Of a stretch of 64,000 nt of DNA, positions 53,192 through 64,000 are shown one piece after another; position 1 is the stretch's first letter, and each line of letters starts with the position of its first letter. The notes under the pieces were generated by a model. It was given only the letters and a program-made list of their open reading frames with translations. It made no database searches and had not been told where the DNA came from. The stretch is taken from positions 160,001-224,000 of the forward strand of contig CAWJTV010000033.1 in assembly GCA_963845755.1 (NCBI GenBank), written 5' to 3'. Made by a program: the position numbers and the translations under genes. This DNA comes from an uncultured Planctomycetota bacterium (lineage in GTDB: Bacteria; Planctomycetota; Planctomycetia; Isosphaerales; Isosphaeraceae).

Positions 53192-55047
53192 TAATAAGGA
53201 TTCAGTTGAGCTTTATTATATATGCCAACCGCCTCCGTTACGGTTTTTGCCTTTCTGAATTCCACGGTTGCCGTAGGACCGATCTTACTCACGAGCTTAT
53301 TGAGGAATGAAGGATCATCTCGGAAATAAGCGTCGAGCAGCTCCTTGTCATTGACACGTAGCGACCCGAGTATTTCCATCAACATTTTCTTCTCTTTTGA
53401 ATAGTAGCCGGTTTCGATCTCCGCCCCAATCTGAGCACACACAAGCATGGCGATATAATCTGTCGCGCCTTCGTTCATCAAGTGCCCCAGAGCACTCGCG
53501 AAACCCGCCCCTCCAAACTTGTGTACAGCTTCATGAACTGCGATACGGAAGCCGACTTTGTTTGGTCGAAGATAGATCTTTCCATCTTTGTCGCTCTGGA
53601 AACCGTGGACCCTGTCGATTTTGCTCGCCTCCCGCATGCGAACAGTCTCGATGACATCCTTTGACTTGCCGATTAGCAGATGGCCATTAAGATGAAGCCA
53701 ATCCTCCCAATGCCGTTTAGCGAATTCTGCGTCTTTCAACACGACAACGTCACCCGCTACCTTCTTCCCACTTTTGACTTGTTCGATGATGTACTCCGAG
53801 ACATGCGGAGAATCCTGCAGCAACTTGTCAATTTCAACTCCAGGCGATTTGGGCATCTCCATTCTTCCGGAGCAAATGTCGTCAATCGTGGGTTCGACGG
53901 ACTCCGATCGCGCACGATCAGAATACTCCGCGGCCGAAGACCTAACTTCTTCCTTGCTCATGGTTTCGAGCAGCCGATCCCAATTGGCCGTATCGTTTCC
54001 GGCGCGAGCCTTGAGCCAGCTTGAAAAACTAGCTAGTTGGTCTATATCAGCTTTTAATTCATCGAACATTTCCTTGAGTGTAACCCTCTGGACCACTCTC
54101 GGGGGACCGGAAATGGGGGCGCAGTTCGATTTCTTTGCCACCACGCCGGGCCTTCGAGCAAGGATCGGTCCAGTTCTCCGCTGGACCGAAGCATGATCCA
54201 CAACGCGCGCTGGCAAGATCGCCCCATTCGCCGCGACGGTCTTCGGCCGGGAAGCCAAACCAGCGACCGATCCGCTCCCCGTAATCTTCGCCGGGATTGG
54301 CAGGGGCGCCGACGCCGCCCGCATCCCCATTCGGTCTGCTTCGGCCTCGAGCGCCGGGTCTTGCACGACCGCCAGTCCCGAGCCTAGCGGATTACGCACC
54401 CGACCCGCCCTCTGCTGCACCACGTGCGTCAACTCGTGACCGAGGAGGTGTTGGCCCTGTATCGACTGCGGATTGTACTGGCCGGGTGCGAAGTAAAGGT
54501 CCGAGCCGTGAGTAAAGGCCAGCGCACCAATGGCCGTGGCCTCGGGTCCGACGTGCACGCGGACATCCGCGAAACTGGTGTTGTAGAATGCCTCCATCTT
54601 CCTCAGGATCGGCTCGGGTAGGGGCTGGCCGCTACCGTGCGGTTTGAGCATGAAATTCGCCGGCAGAGCAAACGCATTGCCAGCCTGGGGTTGCACAGCC
54701 GTCGGGGTTGCCGGTGCCGGCAAGATCGGCCGGGGCAATTGCGGGCGTGGCGGCATCGCCGGCACAAGGGCGCCGGGCTGCGGCTTGGCTGGGAGGATCA
54801 CGCGGGGTGGTTGACCGGGGCGGATCGCCGGCTGATGAGCCCCGGTGGCGGCACGGCCAGGCAGGATCGGAGCCGGCGGAGAATCCGGGCGCGACTGGAC
54901 CGAGGCCGCCACTTGCGGCCGAACCGGCGCAGCAAGGGCGGGAGACGGCTGGAGTGTCTTGGGGCGCCCGCCGGGGAAAAAGCCCTGGATCACGCGGGAC
55001 GAGATGCCGGGACGAGCGGCGGAGATCGGTCCGGATGAAGGCGTCAT
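53191..55047 (-). CDS. DUF4157 (eCIS core) domain protein with a C-terminal HExxH metallopeptidase-like putative toxin domain
   Basis: Pro-rich N-terminus; GQPLPEPILRKMEAFYNTSFADVRVH..GALAFTHGSDLYFAPGQYNP..GQHLLGHELTHVVQQ (DUF4157); VVQR; C-terminal AVHEAVH..NEGATDY. Confidence 0.85.
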   Translation of the reverse strand: MTPSSGPISAARPGISSRVIQGFFPGGRPKTLQPSPALAAPVRPQVAASVQSRPDSPPAPILPGRAATGAHQPAIRPGQPPRVILPAKPQPGALVPAMPPRPQLPRPILPAPATPTAVQPQAGNAFALPANFMLKPHGSGQPLPEPILRKMEAFYNTSFADVRVHVGPEATAIGALAFTHGSDLYFAPGQYNPQSIQGQHLLGHELTHVVQQRAGRVRNPLGSGLAVVQDPALEAEADRMGMRAASAPLPIPAKITGSGSVAGLASRPKTVAANGAILPARVVDHASVQRRTGPILARRPGVVAKKSNCAPISGPPRVVQRVTLKEMFDELKADIDQLASFSSWLKARAGNDTANWDRLLETMSKEEVRSSAAEYSDRARSESVEPTIDDICSGRMEMPKSPGVEIDKLLQDSPHVSEYIIEQVKSGKKVAGDVVVLKDAEFAKRHWEDWLHLNGHLLIGKSKDVIETVRMREASKIDRVHGFQSDKDGKIYLRPNKVGFRIAVHEAVHKFGGAGFASALGHLMNEGATDYIAMLVCAQIGAEIETGYYSKEKKMLMEILGSLRVNDKELLDAYFRDDPSFLNKLVSKIGPTATVEFRKAKTVTEAVGIYNKAQLNPY

Positions 55048-56085
55048 CGATCCAACCTCAAGAGGAATACCCTCGATCTGTGATTAGCCAGCACACCCGG
55101 TCATGACGGAGTCATCAAACCCAGCACCCCAACAACTGCGAGATGAGCGTGGGCATCGGCATCGTCGGGCCAAGCGACTCACTCTAATCCTGCATTATTG
55201 AATTGCGACGAACTTGGCGTCAAAGGGTCGCCACGAAAAACATGGAACTGGCCACGGTACGACCGGAACACCCAGACCGAAGGCGCACGCGGCACGATCG
55301 GCCGGGGGCCTTTGGTTTCCAGTTCCGGGCACATGAAGGCTGGGAACGGGTTGGGAAATGTTTTCCCACTCAGATCGATGCGCCTCGCGCCGGGGACGGA
55401 CCGTTCAGCAAGAGGGTGGCGCTCCGCGTCCGACGCGGTTCACTCCGGCCCCGGCTCCGCGACGGGCACCGTCACTCTGTGGGAGACAGCGAAGCTGACG
55501 GGGGAGCCGTACGTCTTGTCCGGCGACCGGCTGCGCACCAGGTCGACCGCGGCGACGGGCCAGCCCGAAGGGGTGTGTTCGAGCCTGTAGGTCTGCCGCT
55601 CGTTGCGGTCGAGATAGAAGGCTTCCATCACGATCCGGCAGGCGTCAAGGCTTTCGGGCTCTGCGGCGAAGATGGCGTGGCTCTAACGGGAGGCAGCGGG
55701 TTTCAGGTCGTCAGCGACGCCCGTCCACCCGCGGTCGCGGGGCGGACCGGTGAAGGCGTCGAGCTAGCCCTGCAGGTTGCCGAGGCGTCCCCGGTCCACC
55801 AGGTCGCGGAGCCGGGCCTCGGCGGCAGCGAAGAGGGAAGGCGGTTCCGGTATCGGTGCGGGGCCGGGTGCGATGAGAGTCGAATTCGCAAACCGGCTAG
55901 CTGGTGACGGCGGGGCAGTAGACCAAACGAAAGGTTGCTTGACTCAGGCGTATGGATGGATATTGGACTTCATCTCTCGGTGCGTTCTACTGTAGTGGAT
56001 ACGCTTCCCGTAACGACTTTTCGAGACGAATTACGCCTCCGCGATGATCGGCGTTGAGATGTGCCGAGCCAGTGATCGCCGGGTT

Positions 56086-58509
56086 TCACGGAAATAGTTC
56101 GACGGTTTGTGAGGTCACGATCGCGGAGCCGACCCCCTCGACCCGAGTCCCGCGTTCGGCGCCTGTGGCATTGTGGACCGCGGTGATGAGCCGGGTCAGG
56201 TCGACCGGCTTGGTGAGGTGTGCGGCGAACCCCGCATCCAGGCTCGCCTGGACGTCCTCTTCCGACCCGTACCCGCTCATCGCGATCGCCGGCAGTCCCC
56301 TCCCGCGCAGTTGCCGCATCAATTCCAACCCCGTCCCGTCGGGCAGCTCGATGTCGCTGACCAGCAGGTCCAAAGAGGGGTCGGCCGCGGCCAGGAGCGC
56401 CTCCGAAAGGCGTTCCGCCACCGTCACCTCATAGCCACGCGCACCCAGCACCAGGGCGAGACACTTGAGCGTGTCCTTGTTGTCCTCCACGACGAGGATT
56501 CTTAGTCCCCTCGACTGCGGCAGGGGGCAGGGGAACGAGCCCGAGGGCGGCTTCACGACGGCGGGCCGCGTGATCGTGGGTAGCTCCAGCACGAAGGTGC
56601 TGCCCCGACCTGACCCCAGGCTTGTCGCGGTCAGCCGGCCGCCATGGGCCTCGGCCAGCGCCCTGCCAATCGCCAGTCCCAACCCCAACCCGCCGCGATG
56701 ACGCGGAGAGACCTCGCCCTGCTCGAATGGCTCGAAGATCCGGGTCAGGGACTCCGCTTCGATGCCGGCTCCGTTGTCGACCACCTCGATCTCGAGGCGC
56801 GGTCGGCCGCCAGGCACCCGGGGGAGCCGGTTGCGGGAGCGGACGACGATGGAACCGCCGGGGTGGGTGAACTTCGTGGCATTGCCGATCAGGTTCCAGA
56901 TGATCTGCTGGAGCCGTGCCGGATCGGCTTCCACGTGGTGTTCGGCAGCAGTCAGGTCCGACCTCAGCGCGATCCGGCCCTTTTCGATTTCACCGAGGCA
57001 GTTCTGGACGGCATGGCGGACGGCATCGTGAGCGTCGACGATGCGGAGGTCGAGATGGAGGCTCCCGCGACCGATCCGGGTAACGTCCAGCAGGTCATCG
57101 ATCAGCCGAGCTTCCAGCTCGACGTTGCGGCGGATCATTTCCAGCGTCGGGCGGAGACCGGGCATCTCGTCCTCGTCGAGCAGCGCCGAGACGGCCATCA
57201 GGACGGGGGAAAGCGGGGTACGCAGTTCATGGCTGAGGACGGCCAGGAAGCGCCCCTTGGCCCGGTCGGCCGCCTCGGCCTCCTGCCGCGCCTGTCGGGC
57301 CGCGCGGTACAGACGGGCGTTATCCACGGCCAGTGCGGCGCGGCGGGCCAACTCCTCGGCCAGCGTCAGGTCGGACGCGTCGTAGCGGCGAAGTCTGTCG
57401 GTGTGGATCAGGGTGACGACGCCCAGCACCCGCCCCCGCGCCGTCAGCGGGATGCACAGGTACGACGCGAAACCCAGCCGCCGGAGGACCTCCAGGTGCG
57501 CGGCATTGCGGGCCGTCGCCGCCAGGGTGGCATCATCGACCTGTTCGGTCGCCTCGGCACGGCCGCTCCGCAGGGCCCGCATCGCCGGGTGGGGGCCTTG
57601 AGGGTCGGGCGGGTAGCGCCGCAGTTCGTCGACCAGGGGCTGCTTGGCCGGGTCGGCGTGGGCGGCCGCCGCCCGGATGACCGTCCCGTTCTCCTGAATC
57701 ATGTCGATCAGGCAGAGGTCGACCGGCAGTCGCACCGCCAGGCAGGCCAGGGCGTCGAGCGTGGCCTCGTCGTCGAGCGACGAGGACAGAACCGCACCCG
57801 CCTCGGCCAGGAGCCGCTGGGCCTCCTCCGCCCGCTTCCGTCCGGTGATTTCGCGGACGTTGCAGACCATGCCGGCGACGGCCGCGTCGTTGAGCAGGTT
57901 GGTGACGGTGCCGTCCAGCCACCGCCAGGTCCCGTTCTTGTCCCGGATCCGGTAGTCCACGCCCCGGCTGGCACCGGGCTCCCCCCGCAGTTCGTCGAGC
58001 AGGCGGCCGACCCGCCCCCGGTCGTCCGGGTGGATCAGCTCGAGTGCGTCGCGGCCGACGAGATCTTCGGGGGCATGGCCCAGCGTGTGCGTGACGGTCG
58101 GGCTGGCGTACCTCACGATCCCGTCGGCGGAGACGACCGAGATAACGTCCCAGCCCCTCTCGATCAAGGCACGGAACCGCTGCTCGTTCCGCTCGGCCCG
58201 CCGCCGGGCGGCGTGCAGGACCTCGGCCAGGGCGCTGATCGACACCCCGCTGGCGATGCCCAGGACCAGCCGCACGATCCGCCAGTAGGGGAAGGATGTG
58301 TGTGAGGTCAGCAGGACGATCACGGCGGTGGCCATCAGTCCCGGCCCGAGACCGCCGTACCAGGCCGAGAGCAAGACGCCGAAGAAATAGACGAGGATCG
58401 GCGTCCCCGCCCCGTCCCGGATCGCCGGGATGTTCATCACCGCTACGCCCAGAGCGAGGATTATCACGGCGAACCCGTAGCGTCGAATCCGGTCGGAGAA
58501 TGTCCTCAT
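56086..58509 (-). CDS. Hybrid sensor histidine kinase (membrane sensor-PAS-GAF-HisKA-HATPase-REC)
   Basis: SAWYGGLGPG TM sensor, IHPDD PAS, GAF (LCIPL..RVLGVV), SHELRTPL, NLIGNATKFT, DNGAGI, GLGLGL and REC (ILVVED, SDIELPD, HLTKP). Confidence 0.93.
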   Translation of the reverse strand: MRTFSDRIRRYGFAVIILALGVAVMNIPAIRDGAGTPILVYFFGVLLSAWYGGLGPGLMATAVIVLLTSHTSFPYWRIVRLVLGIASGVSISALAEVLHAARRRAERNEQRFRALIERGWDVISVVSADGIVRYASPTVTHTLGHAPEDLVGRDALELIHPDDRGRVGRLLDELRGEPGASRGVDYRIRDKNGTWRWLDGTVTNLLNDAAVAGMVCNVREITGRKRAEEAQRLLAEAGAVLSSSLDDEATLDALACLAVRLPVDLCLIDMIQENGTVIRAAAAHADPAKQPLVDELRRYPPDPQGPHPAMRALRSGRAEATEQVDDATLAATARNAAHLEVLRRLGFASYLCIPLTARGRVLGVVTLIHTDRLRRYDASDLTLAEELARRAALAVDNARLYRAARQARQEAEAADRAKGRFLAVLSHELRTPLSPVLMAVSALLDEDEMPGLRPTLEMIRRNVELEARLIDDLLDVTRIGRGSLHLDLRIVDAHDAVRHAVQNCLGEIEKGRIALRSDLTAAEHHVEADPARLQQIIWNLIGNATKFTHPGGSIVVRSRNRLPRVPGGRPRLEIEVVDNGAGIEAESLTRIFEPFEQGEVSPRHRGGLGLGLAIGRALAEAHGGRLTATSLGSGRGSTFVLELPTITRPAVVKPPSGSFPCPLPQSRGLRILVVEDNKDTLKCLALVLGARGYEVTVAERLSEALLAAADPSLDLLVSDIELPDGTGLELMRQLRGRGLPAIAMSGYGSEEDVQASLDAGFAAHLTKPVDLTRLITAVHNATGAERGTRVEGVGSAIVTSQTVELFP

Positions 58510-59533
58510 GGGCGAGCCCTCCACCGACCATCAGCACGCGCTTACGCTCGCGAGTCAGGACACATCGCTGGCCTCGGCGGATCGAGAGGCGCCATGGGGG
58601 GCCGATTGCAACCCGGGAATCTCTCTCCCGCCGAAACGAACGACCTGCCTGCTAATGCGTCCAGGCCGCTTCCCTCGGGTCGCGACAGCTAGCTGACCCA
58701 GCAGGATGCTGATGTCTTTCCTCTGAACCTGACGCCGGCCGCGAGGGCCTCACGGGAGGCCGCCCAGTTCCTCCCAGCCTCTTGAGTCCCGTACCGCCGA
58801 TTTCAGACCATTCCTATTATAGCCAATACTGGCAGGCATTCAAGCCAACTAAAGGATGGGAGGCGTATTCGCCTCCGTACAACCGCCTCGGTACACAAAA
58901 GGCTGCAGAAACAGGGGACTGTTGGTACTCCCGGCAGAATGAGTAATCTCCATGATCTCACAAACAATTCGACGCGCCCGCCAGCGACGCTGGCCTTGAC
59001 CGTCGCCGGAGGCCCGGCCGATCCGCTCCTGGGTCATCGAAGTCGCAGATCGACCGCGCGCTCGCGCCAATCCACCGGCAGATAGAATTTTTCAAGAAAA
59101 TTATTCCCTTATATTATAGAGAGTTAGGTCAAGATTCTTGCTCATTTTGGCCGAAATGCGTTCTCGTTTTTTCCAAGTTGCGGCATCCTAACTAATAACA
59201 AGTCCTCCGTCCTCAAGCCTTCTGAGGTTGCCTTCCCGCATGATTCGCCGAGATCGGGGCCCCGAGGCGGGAAAAGCGACAGCACATAGCGTTGCATCCA
59301 CCCAGTAATAGTACGCACAAACTCAACCAAGATCGAATGGATGCCACCATCAGAACATGATCGATATTTGAGAGCCGACGAACGAATCCGAGCTCGCACA
59401 TGTCAGACCCAAACGACGAAGAGCTTCATGATTTTAGGCGTCACCATAACTGTGAGAATGGAACTAAGCGTGCATGCTATCTTATGTCGAACCGGGTTCC
59501 TGGAGCAACCCTCAAATCGTTTCTCATCCTCAG

Positions 59534-59719
59534 AACTTCGAAATCGAAGCCACGATTATCCGGAATGTATCGATTCGCGAGTCCCCCAGTTCGATATCGA
59601 AACCGCGCGAACGAACCCGACATCGGAAACTTCGAAATCGAAGCCACGGTTATCCGGAATGTATCGATTGCGTGACCATTCCCAACCTCGATATCGAAAT
59701 CGCGCGAACGAAGCCAACA
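59534..59719. repeat. Two-copy tandem repeat with a period of about 94 bp
   Basis: AACTTCGAAATCGAAGCCACG(A/G)TTATCCGGAATGTATCGATT...CGATATCGAAA(C/T)CGCGCGAACGAA starting at 59534 and 59628. Confidence 0.85.
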
Positions 59720-60159
59720 GGCCGCATAAACCGCCGGACCGGAAGAAATCGCGAAATCGGTGAAATCAACTCAACCGAGGAAATCGCGCTTAACACCTTA
59801 CACGGCAAGTTCGTCACAATCGGGAGAACTTCCACGGCGGAGTTCGGGTGACCAACGGCCCGCTCGGCGCCCCCAGAAAGCCGAGGATCGGGCTGAGGCG
59901 ACGTGTGTGAATTCTAGATTGCATGGATCAAATCGAAGCGGATCGATGGGAGGAAAGGCACCCGATACCCGCGCGGAGAGCGACCCGACTCTCCCTCGCG
60001 TGATCGGGGGCATCCTTCCTGCACTCGACTCAGTCGTCGCCTTGTGTGGGAAACGTCCGACGGGACCCAGCGTGCGTCTGCGAATCCCTGCCGCCCGACT
60101 CGGTGGGTCAACGATTCGTCAACTGAACACGGAACACTCAGCGACCGGAGCGAGCGGAG

Positions 60160-62483
60160 ATGGCCGATTTCGCCGCAGATGTCTTGAAGCTGGTCTCCGA
60201 ACCGGGTTACAAGCCGATCACGCTCAAGGCGATGTCGCGTCGGTTCCAGATGGATGCCGACGACTACGCCGAGTTTCGCGCCACGGTCAAAGGATTGATC
60301 AAGGAGGGGAAGCTCGACCTGGCCAAGGACAAGACCCTGCGCCGGCCCGATCAAGCGGGGATGATCGTCGGGCTCTTCCGCCGTTCGGCCCGGGGATTCG
60401 GGTTCGTCCGCCCCCATTCGACGTCCGCGCGTTTGGAGTCGATCTACATCGCGCCCGAGGCGGCCGGCGATGCTTCCAGCGGCGACGAGGTCGCGGTCAA
60501 GATCACCAAGCGCAGCGCGTCGGCCTGGGATGAACGATGAGGGGCGGGTCGTCCAGATCCTGGCGCGGGCCTCGGGGATCTTCGTCGGCACGTATTTCGA
60601 GGAAGCCGGTTTCGGATTCGTCCGGATCGACGGCACGACGTTTCACGACCCCATCGACGTCGGCGACCCGGGCGCCAAGGGAGCCAGGCCCGGCGACAAG
60701 GTGGCCGTCGAGATCGTCCGATACCCCAGTCCGTACCAGGAAGGCGAGGGGGTCATCACCGAGATCCTCGGCCAGCGGGGCATGCCGGGCGTCGATACGT
60801 TGACGGTCATCCGCGCGTTCAACATCCCCGACACCTTCGATGAGGACGTCCTCGATGAGGCGCGCGATCAGGCCAAGCGATTCGACGAAGCCGAGATCGG
60901 GCCGCGCGAGGACCTCCGGGATCTCCTCTGCGTGACGATCGACCCGGCCACCGCGCGCGACTTCGACGATGCCATCTCCCTCGCGCGCGACGAACAAGGT
61001 TACTGGAGCCTGGGCGTGCACATCGCCGACGTGTCGCATTTCGTCCGAGCGGGATCCCCCTCGACCGCTCGGCTCGCGACCGCGGCACGAGCGTCTACCT
61101 GCCCGATCGCGTCATCCCCATGCTTCCGGAGATCCTCTCGAACAGTCTTGCAAGCCTCCAGGCCGGTCGCACGCGGTACACCGTCAGTGCCTTCCTCGAG
61201 TTCAACAGCGAGGGGATCCTGACTTCGAAGCGGTTCGCTCGTTCGGCGATCCGGGTCGACCACCGCTTTACCTACGAGCAGGCCCTGACGGTCATGAAGG
61301 CCCCCGCGGCGGCTCATCACGGTGTCGCCCCCGCGGTGGCCCGCATGCTAGGCGAGATGCTCGAGCTGGCCATGATCCTCCGCAATCGTCGCTTCGAGCG
61401 CGGGCGCTGGAGTTGAACCTTCCCGAGGTCGGGATCGAGCTGGGCGACCAGGGTGAGGTCACCGGCGCGCATCTCGCCTCTCACGACGAGAGCCACCAGG
61501 TCATCGAGGAATTCATGCTCGCGGCGAACGAGGCCGTCGCGACGACTCTCGGCGCGCAGGGGATCCTCTTCCTCCGGCGCGCCCATCCCGACCCCGAGCC
61601 CTTCAAGCTCGACGAGTTCGCCGAATTCGCCCGCAGCCTGGGCCTGGCCATCGAGTTGCCGCAGAGCCGCTTCGAGCTCCAACGCGTCCTGAAGGAGACG
61701 GCCGGCCGGCCGGAAGAGTACGCGGTTCACTATGGGTTGCTCCGCAGTCTGAAGCAGGCCAATTATACGCCGGAAGCCGAAGGACACTATGCGCTGGCCA
61801 GCGCGGACTATTGCCACTTCACCTCGCCGATCCGCCGCTACCCGGACTTGCAGGTCCATCGCCAGTTGCTCGCCTGGCTCGAAGAAAAGAAGCCCGCGAA
61901 CCGGCTGGACGAGCTGATCGTCCTGGCCGAGCACTGCACGCGCACCGAACGGCGGGCCGACGCCGCGGAGCGCGAGCTGATCCGCGTGAAACTCCTCTCC
62001 TACCTGGAGACCCGCATCGGCGACTCGTTCCAGGCGGTCATCGTGAGCGTCCAGGACTTCGGCCTGTTCTGCCGGCTGACGCAGTTGCCGGTCGAGGGCC
62101 TCATCCACGTCACGTCCCTGGCGGATGACTACTATTACCTGGAGTCCGGCACGCACACGCTGGTCGGGCGCAGGTCGGGTCGCCGCCACCGGCTGGGCGA
62201 CCGCGCCATCGTCCGGATCGCCCATGTCGAAGTCGATCGCCGCGAGCTCGATCTCGTCCTGGAGGATTCGCCCCTCTCAGGGTCCCGGAGCCGGGCGCGC
62301 GCCGGCGCGGAGCCGAACTCTCCAACCGGTCGCGCCGACGGACCGGTGCGGCGGGGTTCCCAGCGGGGGCGAGCCCGATCTTCCGACGAGCCAGCCCGGC
62401 CCGCCCCGAGCCCGGCGGACTCGACCGCCAAGCGCAAGAAGAGAAAGGCCAAAGCCAAGGCGAAGAAGCGCCGGCGGAAGTGA
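60160..62483 (+). CDS. rnr: Ribonuclease R (frameshifts near 60520, 61060 and 61405)
   Basis: N-terminal HTH, cold-shock domains (GFGFV), TIDPATARDFDDAIS, HIADVSHFV, IEEFMLAANEAVA, HFTSPIRRYPDL, S1 domain and a basic tail. Confidence 0.93.
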
Positions 62484-62599
62484 AAGATTTGATTCAAGAT
62501 CACATATTCAACATAGAATGCTCAGGCAATGACATTTCAGAACTACTTGTTATGTTCATTAAATTTAAAATCAGGAATCTTCCGATCTTCTCGCATCTT

Positions 62600-64000
62600 T
62601 CAGTCCATTGCGGAGGCCAGTCGAGGGCGTCCGTCCCGGGACTGCCAGATGTGGGCGGCGGCCCGCCGGGTTATTGTGAGAAAGCGTGGGAGCCGGTCCG
62701 GCCGTTGGCCCAGACAGATCAGGTAAGAGGCCGCGATGGCGACCTCGATCTTGGGATCGGCATGGGCCCAGGAGGCAGCCTGTTCCAGGTCGGCCAGCGC
62801 CAGGTCCCAATGGCGGAGCCGGATGTGGCTCCGGGCTCGACCCAGGAACGCCTCCGGGAGCTCGGGATCGCGGAGGAGGGCCAGGGACCACTCCCGGACG
62901 GCCGCGTTGGTATCCTGGAGCATCATCAGGGCGGAGGCCTTGCGCACGTGAACACCTTCCAGTGCGCCCGAGGCGATCGCCCGATCGTAATCCGCGATGG
63001 CGCCCTTCGGATCGCCGCCGGCCTGGCGCAGGGCCCCATGCAATTCGATCAATCCGGGCTCGTCCGACTGGATGGTCAGCCCGAAGTCGACATGCCGTGC
63101 CGCCGCGACCCGGTCGCCGCCGAAGGACAGGACCCGGGCACAGATCAGGTGGGCATACGAGGAGAACTGGGACAACGCGATGGCGCGGCCCGAGGAGGCG
63201 ACAGCCGCGGATTGGTCCCCGAGCGCGGCGAGGATGACGGCCCGGGTCAGCGTTGACCGAAAGGCGGCCCGATCCCGTCCGGCAGCCACGCTGCGCCAGT
63301 CCGTCGGCCGCGGCGCGGAGGTCGGCGTGCAGCCGTTGGCCGCCGATCGGCATCAGGGCGATGGCGTCGGGCCGGTCGAGCTGGAGCTCCTCGAACCGCC
63401 GGTCGGCCAGCAGCGCCGCGTTGCCAGAGCCGCTCATGGGCCGGACACCGGTAAACCCGACGCGCCTCGGCCGCGTCCGAAAGCGCATCCACGGTGTGGC
63501 CCTGGAGGAGTCGGGCCAGCGACCGCGCCGCCAGGATCTCGCCGGGATGCTTCAGAGAAAAGCCCATCTCCAACAACGCGCTCAGGTCCTTCTCCGCCAA
63601 TGCTGCCTGACCGCGTCGAAGTTCCAGCAGTGCCCGGCTGTGACGGACCACCGTGTCGCCGAGGTCCAGCTTCAGCAAGGCATCGTATTCGACTTGAGCG
63701 CGATCGACCGCCCCGGATTCGACGTCGAGATTGGCCCGATTCAGGCGAGCGGCCCGTGCGAGAACGTCCGTGCTATCCAACCTGGTGACATGGTCGTACT
63801 CGGCACGAGCATGCGCGAAATTGCCCAGTTCCTGGTACAAATACCCCAGCTCCAGGTGCACTTTCCGAGCCTCGGGCTGTCCGCGCAGCTCGTCGAGGGC
63901 GGCGTTCATGTCCTCGATCGCATCGGCCCAGTTCCCCTTGGAACGGTAGAGTCGTGCCCGGCTGAATCGCACCCAGGGACTCTTCGGCTTGAGGGCCAGC
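62600..64000 (-). CDS. C-terminal part of a large TPR-repeat protein (5' end outside the window; frameshifts near 63420 and 63290)
   Basis: TPR units (AIADYDRAIA, AFLGRARSHIRL..ALADLEQA, HLELGYLYQELG) across ORFs 63247-63972, 62571-63488 and 62600-63289. Confidence 0.78.

Noticed and set aside
55198..55995. Short ORFs between the DUF4157 gene and the histidine kinase
   Set aside because: Fragmentary, with no motifs; possibly decayed remnants, but not callable
59534..59719. Possible CRISPR array
   Set aside because: Only two units, the intervening sequences are similar to each other, and there are no cas genes

Overview
GC-rich bacterial chromosome segment, very likely a planctomycete (Isosphaeraceae-like). 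This is inferred from LExRxLL-type extracellular leaders, RFxLxTLM-type leaders, an ECF sigma/Ser-Thr kinase-WD40-TPR pair and many TPR/HEAT proteins. About 20 single-base frameshifts interrupt otherwise intact genes, including def, rnr and uvrA, which points to long-read consensus error rather than real pseudogenes. Core content: htrA-like protease, asnB, metallophosphoesterase, thrC, an M16 peptidase pair, GNAT, MBOAT, a nucleotidyltransferase-uvrA operon, mntH-USP, ECF+kinase, a LarA-like protein, def-fmt, an SGNH protein, an ECF/anti-sigma/Gld-like ABC operon, several secreted proteins, yhaM, a hybrid histidine kinase and rnr. The most unusual part is the accessory region at about 48.3-56 kb. 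It holds three tandem, partly decayed copies of a module made of a short RFxL-leader ORF followed by a XerD-like tyrosine recombinase. Different cargo lies between the copies: an ankyrin protein, a 6-Cys peptide with an MPGFTAxASL leader, a decayed RHH/PIN toxin-antitoxin pair, a phage-type small protein and a DUF4157 protein with a low-GC HExxH C-terminal domain. A transposon-like end and a MITE-like hairpin are also present. No rRNA, tRNA or CRISPR array was seen. All family assignments come from motif recognition by eye, not database searches.
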